A stretch of DNA of 62,859 nt, the filler included, from Gonapodya sp. JEL0774 (taxonomy: Eukaryota): NCBI GenBank assembly GCA_027604505.1. It is 5 parts of 5 records of this genome, joined end to end, with 100 filler letters (N's around TTAATTAATTAA, not from the genome) between each part and the next. Parts side by side here need not be neighbours in the genome. Positions count along the whole stretch, not along the records: positions 38,225 to 50,512 come from JADIIX010000341.1; 4 more parts are not named here. One strand, 5' to 3'. The notes beneath the pieces are model-generated. The model saw only the letters and a list, made by a program, of their open reading frames with translations, had not been told where the DNA came from and did no database searches. Shown here piece by piece: positions 38,321 to 50,612 of this stretch. The position numbers were made by a program, and so were the translations under genes. Position 1 is the first letter of the stretch; the number at the start of each line of letters is the position of its first letter.

Positions 38321-40701
38321 GAGATGTCTCGAATTTCTGCCAAAATCACAGAAAATCCGGTATGTACTGTCTTGAGTTTCTCCTCTGTGAGTATGATGAA
38401 TACTAAGCGCACAACTGCTCCAAGGATCCTCCTCCCAGTCTCCCACGTCTGTTCACGGAGCGAAAACCTCTAGAACTTCCACCTTCAGAGGAGCTTGTAG
38501 CTGCTATCACTGACTGTTGGGACCACCCATTTGACGATGATAACAGCAGGCAGAGAAGGGCTCTCATTTACATGATGAGAGATGCGCTTCCATCACATCA
38601 ACGCGAACCGTTTGATCTACATGCGCAGAAGGGGACCTTTGGACTGGATTGGATTGACTCATCTTCAATTTATTCTTGATTGGTTTGATTGTCTTGCATC
38701 TCTGCAATCATTTGAGAATGCGAAGAAGTGGGCTATGGAGTTTATCTGCATGGGGGGAGTAGTCGGGATGGGATGACAGTGGAACTTCAGAGGGTTTACT
38801 GTCGGTGGTAGATTTCGAGCAGGGGGACTTTTCGAACGAATGTGTGGTTTTACATCAATAATTCAGCATGGTGTATCACTTTATTCCAGAAACGTTTAAC
38901 ACGGCAGTTCCTAATTCCTGTAAACTGCCTCCACGCTCTTTCTGGACTGAGCTCTGTCAACGATTATTTGGTTTCATTTAGAAAGTGAATCGACGTTCTT
39001 CCTAGAGTGAATTCTTCCTATACCCAAGCTCTTTTTTCTGAAAGTGGGCCGACGAGAGGAATATTTACGTTGAATCACTCATGTTCTGTCGTATGGTGTT
39101 CACGATAAGAACGTTGACCCTGACCTATCCCCTCCCACATTCAATCCGCACCGCCACGCTCGACCGCCTCGGATCACTTCCATCTTTCCCGACTTTCGTC
39201 CCTCTCTTGCTCGGTTCCAGTCTCTTACGTCTCACTCTCGTCATCCCATCGCATCCCACACCGTTTCGGCGCTACACATCGCTGATCCGTAACACCGGTC
39301 AAAACAGCGATGCTCCGAATGAAAAAGGCGATTTTCCGGTCTGGAAACTGGGTATGTTGATCCGTGGCGTAATGGATGGGCCGTGGTGAGTCCGTGGGTA
39401 ACGATCACCAGGTGGGATGGGCGAGGATGAAGGACGGTGAACCGCGAGGACGTGGAAAGATGAGCTCATTCGCTGTGGAATTGTTCATGGAACATAAGTT
39501 GTGTCGTTTTCAATCTTCTTCTCTCGATTTGTATGTCTGACTTTTGGCATCAACCACACCGAACGAAGCAATCGACGCTCAATGACGGGCGGAAGCAGCG
39601 CCAATTCCATCACGATGGACGTCGGTGGGAGCTGACCCGAGCGCAAGACAAGGGTGGACGTGTGGAACTCCTGCGAGCTCGCTCGCACAGGTGAGCTGTC
39701 AAGGAATGAATGTATTACCACCTCGCCACCTCATATCACTAAGTTTTTGATATAACTTTCCCTTTGCTCCCAATTTGCAACCCACGCATATCTTCCCATC
39801 ATCCCGCGCCCTCATGAAGCTAGGTTCGCGCAACTTCACCGGGACCAGCTCGGTGGAAGCCCAAAGGGCAGTCCCGTTCTCATAGGCAAGCTGCCGCGGC
39901 CTGGTACGGGGACGAGCGCGTATTCACTGTCGATTGCAGGAGAGCAGGCTCCACAGAGTATAGACGAACGAATGGTAATCAGAGCTGGTGAGTTTGTCTT
40001 CCTTGTGCTCATGCTTTGATCGGCAGCTCAACTTTCTGTCATAATCTCGAACTAATATTTTCTGCGATGCTCGTTCATGTGGTCTGATGTGTCCTATGTC
40101 TGCTGATCCCAACCCCGAAGACCGCCCTTTTCCATGAGTGATACCTCGAAATTCGTCCAACGCATCACATGTGTCCGTCCCCAATCAGGCAAGCTCTCTC
40201 GCAACAACCAACGCGTCGGCCAACTCCCTGTCCACGTTCTCCTCCGACAATTCGGCCTTTGCATTACCTGGATCTCCTGTCCTCCCTGCCACTACGTCCC
40301 CGCCGAATCTGCTCCCGGCGCAAACCCCACCACCGCTTGGACGGTAGGAGCAATTGACGTACTAATTTATTGTTACAATATCGATATGTACCACTTTGGT
40401 TACTTGCCACAGCCTTACATACTTTAGCAGGAGGACCCATATGTGTTCTAATATATGAACACGATCACGAGACATCCCTCCATTGAATGTAAAAGGAACA
40501 TCGGATGCCGGCCCGCTTTGTGTGCACAGAACATTCATTGCAACTGTCTACACCTGTACAGGTGCCTCTGGCACACTTCCCATGGCCTGCGTCAGTGCTA
40601 GTGCTACTCGCTGTGGAGGACTGCATGGGATGGATCGAAGGGGTGGGAGTGTATGATGGTGTTTAAGGTGTAGAATATATTTACTATCTACGCGGCTAAA
40701 C

Positions 40702-40875
40702 TCACGCTATGACGAACGTTCGAAAAGTTCGGGTTCGCTCGAAGTTCGACGAGCCGAACCCGATCTCGAACTTAGATTTTTAGATACGATCTTTTTGTAG
40801 ACGATCTCGAATCAAACTCGAACTTTCATTGCTCGAACTCGAACTTTGGGTTGCAGTTCGCGATCATGTTCGTTT
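40702..40875 (+). mobile_element. probable DNA-transposon end (hAT-like) with subterminal TTCG/CGAAC repeats
   Basis: TCACGCTATGACGAACGTTCGAAA then dense CTCGAAC/GTTCG motifs in both orientations; related to 50279. Confidence 0.55.
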
Positions 40876-41214
40876 TGTGGATGGATCACTGTCTTACCGG
40901 CACACTTCGAAATATCATGTCCACCAGTCCACCGGCAGCACCGTTGCGGCACAAATCTCCTTCCCCACCTCTATTTTGGGAATGAGAGGACGGATACAGT
41001 GGGTCATGGACTCTTGGGCCGTTTCGGACGGATGGGTTCACTGCCCCCCTTCGTCCTCACATCCTCGTAAGTGCCTGTCTTTCCCTTTCCCGCCCAAGTT
41101 TCTCTGCCTCTCTCATCATTTTTCCCGTTATTTTTATTCGTGGAATTTAATTCCGCTACCCTCGTTCCTCCATCGTCGCTCCTTCGTCCTCGTTCCCACT
41201 TTTTCGCACCTTAC

Positions 41215-41560
41215 CTCCATGGTTCCAAAGGAATAAAGTCGTCAGGATCAGGAGCCGTCGTCGAATTTACATCCAGGATGAGGAGTGAGTGGAAAAGCCT
41301 CCGGGCATTCAAGGTAGGCTCAAATTGCGAGTGCAATGGGTACCCCGTACCCGTTGGGGCTCCTGGTGTGCGGAAATCGAACGCGAAGGCTGCGCGACCC
41401 ATCGCTACCCCTTCCCAGATGGTGGGAGGTGGGTTTGCGCGCCTGTCGGTGTTCAGCTTGGCGAACTGAGCATCTCCGGGTCGGTTTGTACAAACATCGT
41501 CCTTCGCGAACACATCCTGCTTCCTCCACTGCTTGCCACCATTGCCGAACCTCCCGGCCG
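41215..41560 (-). pseudogene. possible decayed cytochrome P450 exon (K-helix to PERF region)
   Basis: TIWEGVAMG..GYPL..TLNARRLFH..PDPDDFIPLEPW then GTAAGG donor; ExxR is degenerate and no heme motif was found. Confidence 0.25.
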
Positions 41561-44500
41561 CTTGACCTAGTACCAATGGTGCTAGGGGCGCGGTCTGGTG
41601 GCTTCGGCAGCCACCTTTAGGCTGATGCCGTTTTCCCCCAACCCAATCCATTAGCTACTGGGCGTCGCGCCCTCCAGCACCACGCCCGTTCCCCGTATCA
41701 ATCCCCAGATTATTCACCCCCTTTTTCTGACACCAATTTGCATGTGAGACAGTCTATTCGGAGCCCTCTCCCTTGCTCCTCCCTCCCCTTCCGCATGTGC
41801 CCCGAACCCTTCGTCGATGAAACTCGCTTGTTCGTATTTGGCATCACCACCATCACATTTTCCCTTTTCCATCTCTTATTCTTTCCTGTGTACATTCCTG
41901 CACCCCCTCGCCCAGCACAATCTAATGCACCCCCTTTCCACCCCCTCTCCCCGCGCCAACTTGCTCCTGTACGCCCTTCACGGCATCAAATCTGAAAGTT
42001 CGCTCCGACGGCCTTGCAATCCGTGCTGCAGCACATGACGCAAGGCAAAAGGCGTGTGGGCCCCACCCGTTGCCCACCAGTCTCCACCTGTCCCCCATGC
42101 CACCTTTCTCCACCCCCATCGGCGGCGCCCCAGCCCTCCCGCTTGCGTGCGCCATTAAAATGTCCCGCGTGGCCGCACCGGACGCGGACAATAGGACAGC
42201 TCTCGTTGCGGGCGTGGAAGACCTGATAAGGTGGTTTGCTGGTACGAGGAGGGTCCTGTGTGGGGCGGGATGTTCTTTGGGGTCGTTGCGGACGGTAGAT
42301 TGTGAGAGAGGGTGTGTTTAGGTGTGGAATTGTGGTCATGCTCTCGTCCAACCAACCACCTCTCACACCTCCCACTGCCTGCCCCTTGCCTGCTCACTCA
42401 CCTCTCTGGCATCTCCAAGCAACCTTCCAGCTCTGGCGTGATCGTTGTCTGCTTCATGGTCAGGAGCAACGCCCCTGTCCCGGGCACCAGTGCACCCTCC
42501 CACCGGATCCACCACGTCCGGTGGTGGATTCGGGTCCCGGAGCCGGGTCGGGCGCGGTATGCTTGGTGCGGGCTCGTGCTCGGACTCGGGACCAGACGCG
42601 GGAGGCCGTGACCCGGGGTCGCTTGGGGAGAGCAGAGCGAGCCGATGTGGTGCCTGCCTGTCCCCACCACCCACCACCCCCTTCTTCTTCTGAACCCCAC
42701 CACCGCCGCCGCCACGCACGCACTCCCTTCCTGACACACTCACGAGCGACTCACAGGAGTGCACCAGCTGCTCGTCGTCTCACGCCTACACCGACACCGT
42801 TTCCGAAACCTACGCTCACCCCGCACGCCTGCCGCACCTCCCGCACCCCACTTCATGCACCTCCCACACCCCGAACCCCGCACGCCGCTTCAACCCAACA
42901 CCCGTAACGGTTCACGGCTCACAGCTCACACGTCGTGTCGCCGGGTCAGTGTCGCAAGTCATAGGTCGGCGTACCTCGAGGCTCGAGGCGTGACAACGAC
43001 CGAAGGAACTTCGACTTTTCGGAAGTTTGGAAGTGTCGAGAGCTGGAATCCGGGAATTTGGCGGCGGGGGGGGGAGGGAAACGGTTTTGCAAGTGGGAGG
43101 TCCGAGGTGGATTGGAAATAGCCATGAGGAACACCGAACACCTCATCGCCACCCTGACCAGCACCGCCCGTGCCACCATAATATCCCCCCTCCCTGACCC
43201 CACGGCATAACACTGGTGGGGAGTTGTGTCAGAATTGACACTTCACACCTCAGATCCCATACCGCGTGTGCCTGGGTTGTCTTCCCACACCTGAGACGGG
43301 CGACTTCTTGTGTCTTGTGAGACGTAGGGGGGCCACGTCGCGACGTCGGGACTCCACACACCAGGTGCAAGCCGCGTCTAATCCTGTTCTCCTTCCTCTC
43401 TTCCCGCCCCTTCATCGGGACGTTTTCCCACTCTATTCTGTTTTTCGTCACATCACATGGTGACCAACCATGCCCCTCAGCCCGGGCACACCCCTCGGAC
43501 ATTCCCCACAACACGATTTTCCAGGACCCTCGCCTGAGCCCTGTTAGATCCCGGAGCTGTTACGGGGCAGAATCGTGATGCGACGTCTCGGCTGATGAAA
43601 ATTGCTCGTCGGAGGAGAGAGATGTGTACGCGGAGAAAGTTCAGATTCGGGCAGTGAAACAGCGAACTTGGAAGAAACATACAAGGAAAGAAGAAGACGC
43701 GAAATGTGGAGCTGTTGACGAAAAGGCACCGAGGTGGGCTTGGAGAACTAGAGTCCAAGATGGAAACGGGGACCCTTTAACAACATGATACTGCGAGGGC
43801 GGTGACAAGACGGCACAGCCACCAAGGTCTGTGAATCACAATTGCAAACGCGAGATCAAGCACCCGAGGGGTTCGCAAGACACCCAACACCCTCCGGACT
43901 TCTCCTTCATTGGGTACCTTTGCGTGTGAAACAGTCGGGAGCTGGAACGGAGGGAGTGTACGGGACAATAAGCGATGGAGGTCGGTGAGTGGCAGAAAGT
44001 GAGAGTAAGCAGGTGCGTTGGGGGGAACATGTGGGGGCCATGTGACACTCACTATTCGCCCTTTCTCATCTACGTCCCCTTCTGGCCTTTGTCAGATCCC
44101 CACTCCATCCTTCTCGCTCGACATCGGTCCACTTTGTCGTAGACCAGAGCGACTGCGTTGTGACGGAGGTGAGCAGGCCACGCACATATGGGTTTTGTGG
44201 TGCGGGTTGGGGGGAGACTGGGGGCTGGGGGAGGGCATAGATAGCCCTTCACTTTACATCTAATTCGATGTGAAGGGTGCTACAAATGCTGACTCCCGTT
44301 CCACTGTATTTACCATCCAGCTCTCCGTCCAACCCCCTCCACTCCGCCACTCTCTTCCCACACCGAACCCCCAGCCCCGACTAAAGGCTAGGCCTCTGCC
44401 TCGGCGGCCTACCGTTGCCTGATTCCTCCTCTCCCAACCGGTCCAATTCTCGTTGGCACTCTCCACACCATCCCTCCCATCCCTCCCTCACCCTGGAACC

Positions 44501-46339
44501 CCCTCTTCGCACCGCCGACGCCGCCACCCACATTCCGCTCCCCCCGCGGCGGATTGGGGCAAAAAGTGAAGCAGGAGGCATTTGTGATGGTGTCGTAGAG
44601 GCGCTGGTGAGACGGTGAGACGGGTGGCTGATGGGGGAGGGGGTGGAAGACGGATGCGGGGACGAGGTTGTAGAGAGGGACACGCAGTGCAAAAGAAAAC
44701 ATTGATGCTGTTCGGTCGCTTGTATATTATGCCGGCTCCCTCCCAAGTCCCCAAATTCCCCCGTCAATCGGTTGGTCGGCATATGGGTCGACTCCTGCAA
44801 TCAGGACAAATTGGACATGCGCCGGACACGTGTAACCTCATCATTAGCAAGGCCGAAGAGACTCTATCAGCGGAAACCCCTGGTTATGTAACATGCAGGC
44901 AACATCATAACAAGAAATGCCTGTTCTTGTTCCATAAAAATAAGTGGACTGAAAACTAATAAAAGCGTACTTACGCACTGCTCGTCGTCTGTACGCAGTC
45001 CACTGTGTTTCGGTGCCACGTCCTCCTCCATGATCACTAATTCTTCATTTATTATAGTCTCCAAGCGATGATAATCATCGATCAGGGCTTCATTCGGGTG
45101 ACATACTCCGGAGGCATTGCAGTCCAGGGTTCAGCTTTGGGCGCGAGATTGGAATGAGACGGAAAATGGTGGGTGTACAATGAGATGGGCGTGAACGGGA
45201 AAGAGAGGGGGAGTGGGTTGGGCATTTGCGGGGATGACCGCTGACCGATCTCTAGCTCAATGCATGAGTGAATGTGCCGCTCAATCTGACATTGACGCAA
45301 ACGGTGATAGACAGAGAACAATTCAGAGAATCCGTGAAGGTGCAGAAGTTGGCCTAGTCAACAATGCCGGTTGTGATCGCCGGTACCGCAACACAGTGGT
45401 AGGAGCGGGGTGCTGTTGGTGGGGAGGTGGAGGTGCAGATGGTGCGTACGTGGGGAGCGAAGGGGAGATGGGGCGGATGGGGTCAAGGGCGAGGATCGGA
45501 CAGATTTAGAGAGGACGAAGCAGGCGGCGGTTACGCCTGCGCGACCGATGCCCTGGTGCGATATTCGGAGGTGGAGTGTGGGTGTTGGGGAGGGGGGAGC
45601 GATCGGCGAGTGGAGAGGGGTGTCGAGAAAAGGTGAGATAAAGAAACCCGTAGAACGTAATAAAGCGATTCGGGTGTGGCAGCGCGGATACCGGTGAAGA
45701 ACAGGTCCCGGTACAGAGTCACGCTCGCTCTCCCCATGTCCCGTGACCCGTCCCCACTCCACCACCTCCACCCCTACACGAAACCATAAGGACGTGTGCG
45801 CGCACCCGCCTGACACTGCTCCGCGAATTCCCATCTGGGAGCGGGGAAGAGGTAGGGAAGGAAGTTGCAAATGAGACGGAGAAGGGGCTGTGCAATGTGC
45901 AGTACCGAAGCTGGAAATCAATGTGAATATGTTTCCGTGTTTGCTGCGCTTCGGGCCTTTCCGTCGTCCCCCTGCTCTCACATCTCGTCCGTTTCGTCCT
46001 GCGACCCCGCTCCGGTGTGAGCCTGGCTTCCCGACTTGCCCCGCGGGACCCTCCCCACACTCCACGCCACCGCATCGCACACCGACACACGCCTCTGCCC
46101 TGCACCACCCAAGCACCGATTCCGCATGTCATGGCACGCTCGGGATACGGGCTCGTCTTCTTGCACCGAAGGTGGACCCAGGGGCTAGGGCACACTTTTC
46201 CCGTTCTACACTCCACACCGCACTCACAACCCCCGCCCACTACCCAACCTCGTACCCACGATACCGCATCCCCTCTCCCAATCCCCAACCGCCCTGCCAG
46301 ACCAACCCACCTGGTAAACCTCCTCGCCTCAACTCCGAC

Positions 46340-46540
46340 AGGCCAAGTCGTGCCCCTCCTCGTGCCCCCTGGTGCGCCTCTGCTAATTCCCCTTGCGATA
46401 AAAGCGTGAGGACAGTGGAGATTCTCTCGGGCGGAAAAGTGCGTCGCGATGTGGGTCTTGAGGTTGAATGTGCTAGGGGGACGGGTTGCGGACGGGGGAG
46501 GGGGGGAAGGAAAACGGTGGGGTGAGAAGAGACGGCCAAT
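46340..46540 (-). pseudogene. degenerate tandem C2H2 zinc-finger fragment
   Basis: FNLKTHIATH..CPH then, in a shifted frame, FYRKGN*QRR (decayed RKxNLxRH). Confidence 0.55.
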
Positions 46541-49042
46541 GGTGGGATCGACACATGAATCCACGAGGGGCTCGGGCCACCGGTGAGAACATCTCGCTGA
46601 CGTTCTATTGGACCCGCACAAAAGTGCATCAATGGCGTACGAACCCGCACAAGGCTCTCTCTCGGCGTGACAAGCATCGGCTCATCTCGCAGTCGAGACT
46701 CAAGCGACTGGGGCTCGCCAGACTTGCCCCTTACCCTCGTCACCTCGCCGTACTCACCGGGCAATCGACTGGGTACAAATTACGACACAAAAAGTCGGCG
46801 CTACTCCTCAACACCTCCCCTGTGTGTCAGTGTCGTTGCTGCGATCTGTTTTGGGGTGAAGATGACGCGCGCCGGCCTTTCGCCCCCGCCGCCGGCGTGG
46901 CCATGGTTGTGCTGAAGATCGTGATGCGGGTCGAGCACGTCGACTGAGAACCAGTCCTGCCGTCGGGGCTGATTGAGATTTTGGGCTGTTGCTGCTGCGG
47001 TTGTTGGTGTTGTTGAGGTGGGACAGGAGGTGGGAGGGTGGGTCGTGCGGGATGGGGAGGAGCGACGAGCGAGGTGGGAGGAGACGTGGAGATGTGGGAG
47101 TGGAGCAGTGGGAGTGGAGCGGTGGGAGGGCGAGGAGCTAGGGGTTGTAGGGGGCAGACGGTGGAGAGCAGAGAGCACAGAGTGCCAGCGCAATGTATTG
47201 CCCCACGGGTGGTGGTGGAGGAGGGACGTGGAGAAGTGGATTGTGGACGTTGATGGGAATAGGGAAGCGGGAGGTGGAGGAGGTGTGATGGAGCGATGGT
47301 GCGTGATGTGCGTGTGGGTGGGTTGGACGTGCCCGACGTGCCCGACGTGCTCGAAGTGTGTGCGCGGGCGAGATCGGAGTGGGTGGACATGAGTGCCCCA
47401 CATTGGGACGCGGTGGGGTGGGGACACGAAAGTCCGTCAGCACGTCCACCGTCAATCCGTCATTTTATGGGTCCGACTGTCTATGACCCGTGCGACGGTT
47501 GGTCACGTCACGACAGCCACTGCACCCTCAACCCATCATCGTCCACCGTACACCGTCCATCATCCACCGACCTCCACGTTCCACTGACTCTGAATCCGCC
47601 TACCGGATCTACGGTATCAGGCGCGAGTGGCGCGTCTCGGCCGGCGAGGAGTAAAACCATTACGGGTGACTGGGCTTTACTTTTGAGGGATGGAGGTGCT
47701 CGGTGGTCCTCCGGCGGCGTGGACCCCTCTGTGTAAGTGATGTGGGTGATGCAAGCGGACAAGAAAGAGTTCAATCTGGTCTGTCTGGGTGTGTCGAGTC
47801 GTCGGTGTGGTTGGTGGGTGAGTATGCAGTAAGTGGCCATTGGTACAACATGTCTGTGCTGCGAGTTGAACGTGAAATGTGGACACCACAGGGCAGAAGG
47901 AGCGAGTGGGGAGTGTGAGATGGGAGTGGGACGTATGGGGGGTGGAGAGAGGCACATGTGGTTGGTGGGGAGCAGGGAATGGTCGCACGAGAACACCACG
48001 GAGGACAAAATCACAAAGGAAAGCCCGCTTTCGCAGAGAAAAGTCTGGCGAGGACGCTTGAGAATGAAATAATATTGTCAGTCTATCTCGTTTTTCATTT
48101 TAGTCCCCACTTCCGCCGACACCGAATCACATCTCCCATCACGATACCGATGATATCACTTGAAGACATGGACCGATATTTATATCGACAGATCAAATTT
48201 GTTCTCGATTACATTTTTCGGTGACTGTAATTCGCGCCGAAACTTTGACATCAAGCAGGACCAGGGCGAGCGTTACATAGCGCAAAAGGCCCTGCTTAGG
48301 TGGAATAGGCGGACTACGTTGGCAGACTGTGTTTCCAGCGGCGGTTGAAGGGCAACTGAACCCGTCAATGCTTAGTCAGCACGGTTTGTTATCTCCCTTT
48401 CCCCTCGATCTTGCCTGGTAAGAAGGGGTTTGCACCAATAGAATCCGGACAACGACTCGGGGTAAGAAAAGATCCAGCGGCTGGAGGAGAGAAGCGTGGA
48501 TATCTGGCCTGGCAGATTCGGCTCCTGTGTGCAACATCAGTACTTTTGCCACTCTCCCGAGCCATCGCGAGACGGGCCAACTCCAGCTGTATGCGCAGCT
48601 GGCCCAATTTGCATATTTCTTGCTCTTCCTTGCTCCGTTCCATTTCCAGCTGGCAGCCATCAGCAGTTGTCGCCGTAAGTTCCTTGCTCTTCATCTTGAG
48701 CAGTTAAACTGCTTCCTCTCTCGAGATACGCCAACCTTTCCGGTCGATCTTTCGTGCACCGAAGCGATGAATGTCTGCGACACCTTGATAAACGCCTTGG
48801 GGCCGTCTAGCAAGTCCTGATAATCCGCCTGTAGCCACACCGGCGTAAGATCCAAAGGAGCCGGAATTTCCGTAAGCAGAGTAAGTACTGTTAGTTACAT
48901 AAGCCAGTCCCAGGAGTTTCATAAACATATTTCTTTATAAGCCCCCCAAATTGTTCCTGGACAGCTGTTCATCAGTCAAGTTCATCAAAAACTCAGCACA
49001 TCGTCCTAGCATTAACGAACAGTCACTCTCACTTCAATTACA

Positions 49043-50082
49043 ATGTCATCCTACGTAATCTCGGGAGTCTCTCGTGGTCTCGGCGTAAGTTCTCATCTTG
49101 TCAATGTCACGACACTTCACTCATACGCAACTCTGGTCATACAGTTCGAGTTCCTTAAGCAGCTTTCTGTTGACCCAGCCAACAAGGTTTTCGGACTCGT
49201 CCGTGACAAAGCCGCTGTTGAGGCCAAGGTTGCTGCTGAAATCGGAAAGAGCAATATTTTCATCATTCAAGCCGACACTACGTCCCCAGACGATTTGCGA
49301 GTAAGTGAATTAACATTCCATTAAATGAGGTGCACTAACTCAACCATTTTCTAGAAAGCAGCCGAGATTGTCTCGCAGGAGACAAATGGCACACTCGATT
49401 ACATAATTGCCAATGCGGCCCTTCAGGCCAAGACTGCCTTAGTGGGCTTTGACACTCTGTAGGTTTTCTGTTCGGGAAGAGACCCCCAAGCTATGGTCAG
49501 TTGACACTAATTGTTGGATAGGGCTAAGGATCCACCGGCCCTGGAGGCAGATTTGATTGAGCATTTCAAGGTCAACACCATTGGCCCAATTCACCTGTTC
49601 AATGCCTTCATGCCCCTGATCTTGAAGGGCAAGGCAAAGAAAGTGTTTGCCATCTCCAGCGGTGCCTCAGACACCGAGATGACACTCAAGCCTGACATGT
49701 ACCAAGCCACGTCGTATTCCATCAGCAAGGCAGCATTGAATATGGCCATCGCTAAGTTCAGCGCTGTCTACCGTAAGGATGGTGTTCTTTTCATGGCCAT
49801 TTGCCCTGGTGCAGTGGACACTGGCAGTCTGCAGATTGGTATGTCTTCGACTGAACAACTACAATGGTGCTTTTGGCTAACATTTGCATAGCAACCGAGG
49901 AGGAAGGAGCATTGGCAATGGCTATGTTTGGAAAGTTCAAGGCATATTCACCTACCTTCGAAGCACCTTCTCCAGTGGACGTTGCTGCCAAGTCGGTCTT
50001 GGCTCTCACCCAAAAGGCTACTGTCGACGGGGGTTTTGCGGGTGTCTTCATCTCTCACACGGAGAAGAAGCCATATCTATAA
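49043..50082 (+). CDS. short-chain dehydrogenase/reductase (C-factor/carbonyl reductase-like), 5 exons
   Basis: SGVSRGLG; IANAA; ISSG; YSISK (YxxxK); ICPGAVDT; introns 49085-49144, 49301-49354, 49459-49521, 49839-49891 restore one open frame. Confidence 0.95.
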
Positions 50083-50278
50083 AGTGTGGAATGGGAAGGG
50101 AAGGGTGTGGGGTCTGAACATATCCATATGCGGATTTATTTCGGATAGACAACCTCCGTATCTATCTACATAGCAATGGAGAATATACCCAATGCTGTTC
50201 ATATGCTTCTCCTTTCGACAGTTTTGCAGCGTGTGCACAGTTCAGAAAGTAGTGAACGAATTTTCGCGAGATACCCTG

Positions 50279-50410
50279 TCACGCTGTGACGAATATTCGA
50301 AATATTCGCATTCGATTCAATATTCGACGAATAAAATACGATTACGAACACTGGTTTAGTTATTCGAGAGGTCGAAAACGAGTATGAATACGAATATTTG
50401 TGAATTAGAC
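50279..50410 (+). mobile_element. probable DNA-transposon end (hAT-like) with subterminal CGAATA/TATTCG repeats
   Basis: TCACGCTGTGACGAATATTCGAAATATTCG..; 21/24 identical to 40702-40725. Confidence 0.55.
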
Positions 50411-50512
50411 GTTTTTATACGTTGCTGATAAGCTGCACGACACAAGTGATTATGCCACTATTTGTTGTGCAACGGAGAGGAGTGCAACGGCCAACTTCGG
50501 TTCCTCCAAGAA

Positions 50513-50612
50513 NNNNNNNNNNNNNNNNNNNNNNNNNNNNNNNNNNNNNNNNNNNNTTAATTAATTAANNNNNNNNNNNNNNNNNNNNNNNNNNNNNNNN
50601 NNNNNNNNNNNN
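50513..50612. other. artificial scaffold-joining spacer
   Basis: N44-TTAATTAATTAA-N44. Confidence 0.98.

Noticed and set aside
40702..40875. CRISPR-like array
   Set aside because: Repeats are 5-7 nt, irregular and in both orientations; no constant repeat-spacer period and no cas genes.
47322..47356. GACGTGCCC 9-bp tandem repeat
   Set aside because: Three to four units in low-complexity decayed DNA; ordinary slippage.
48389..48930. Coiled-coil fragment (EQEICKLGQLRIQLELARL) like transposon accessory proteins
   Set aside because: Stop-interrupted and too generic to assign.
12825..50612. Periodic TTAATTAATTAA palindromes about every 12.5 kb
   Set aside because: Identical N-padded 100-nt spacers between size-sorted scaffolds; an artefact.
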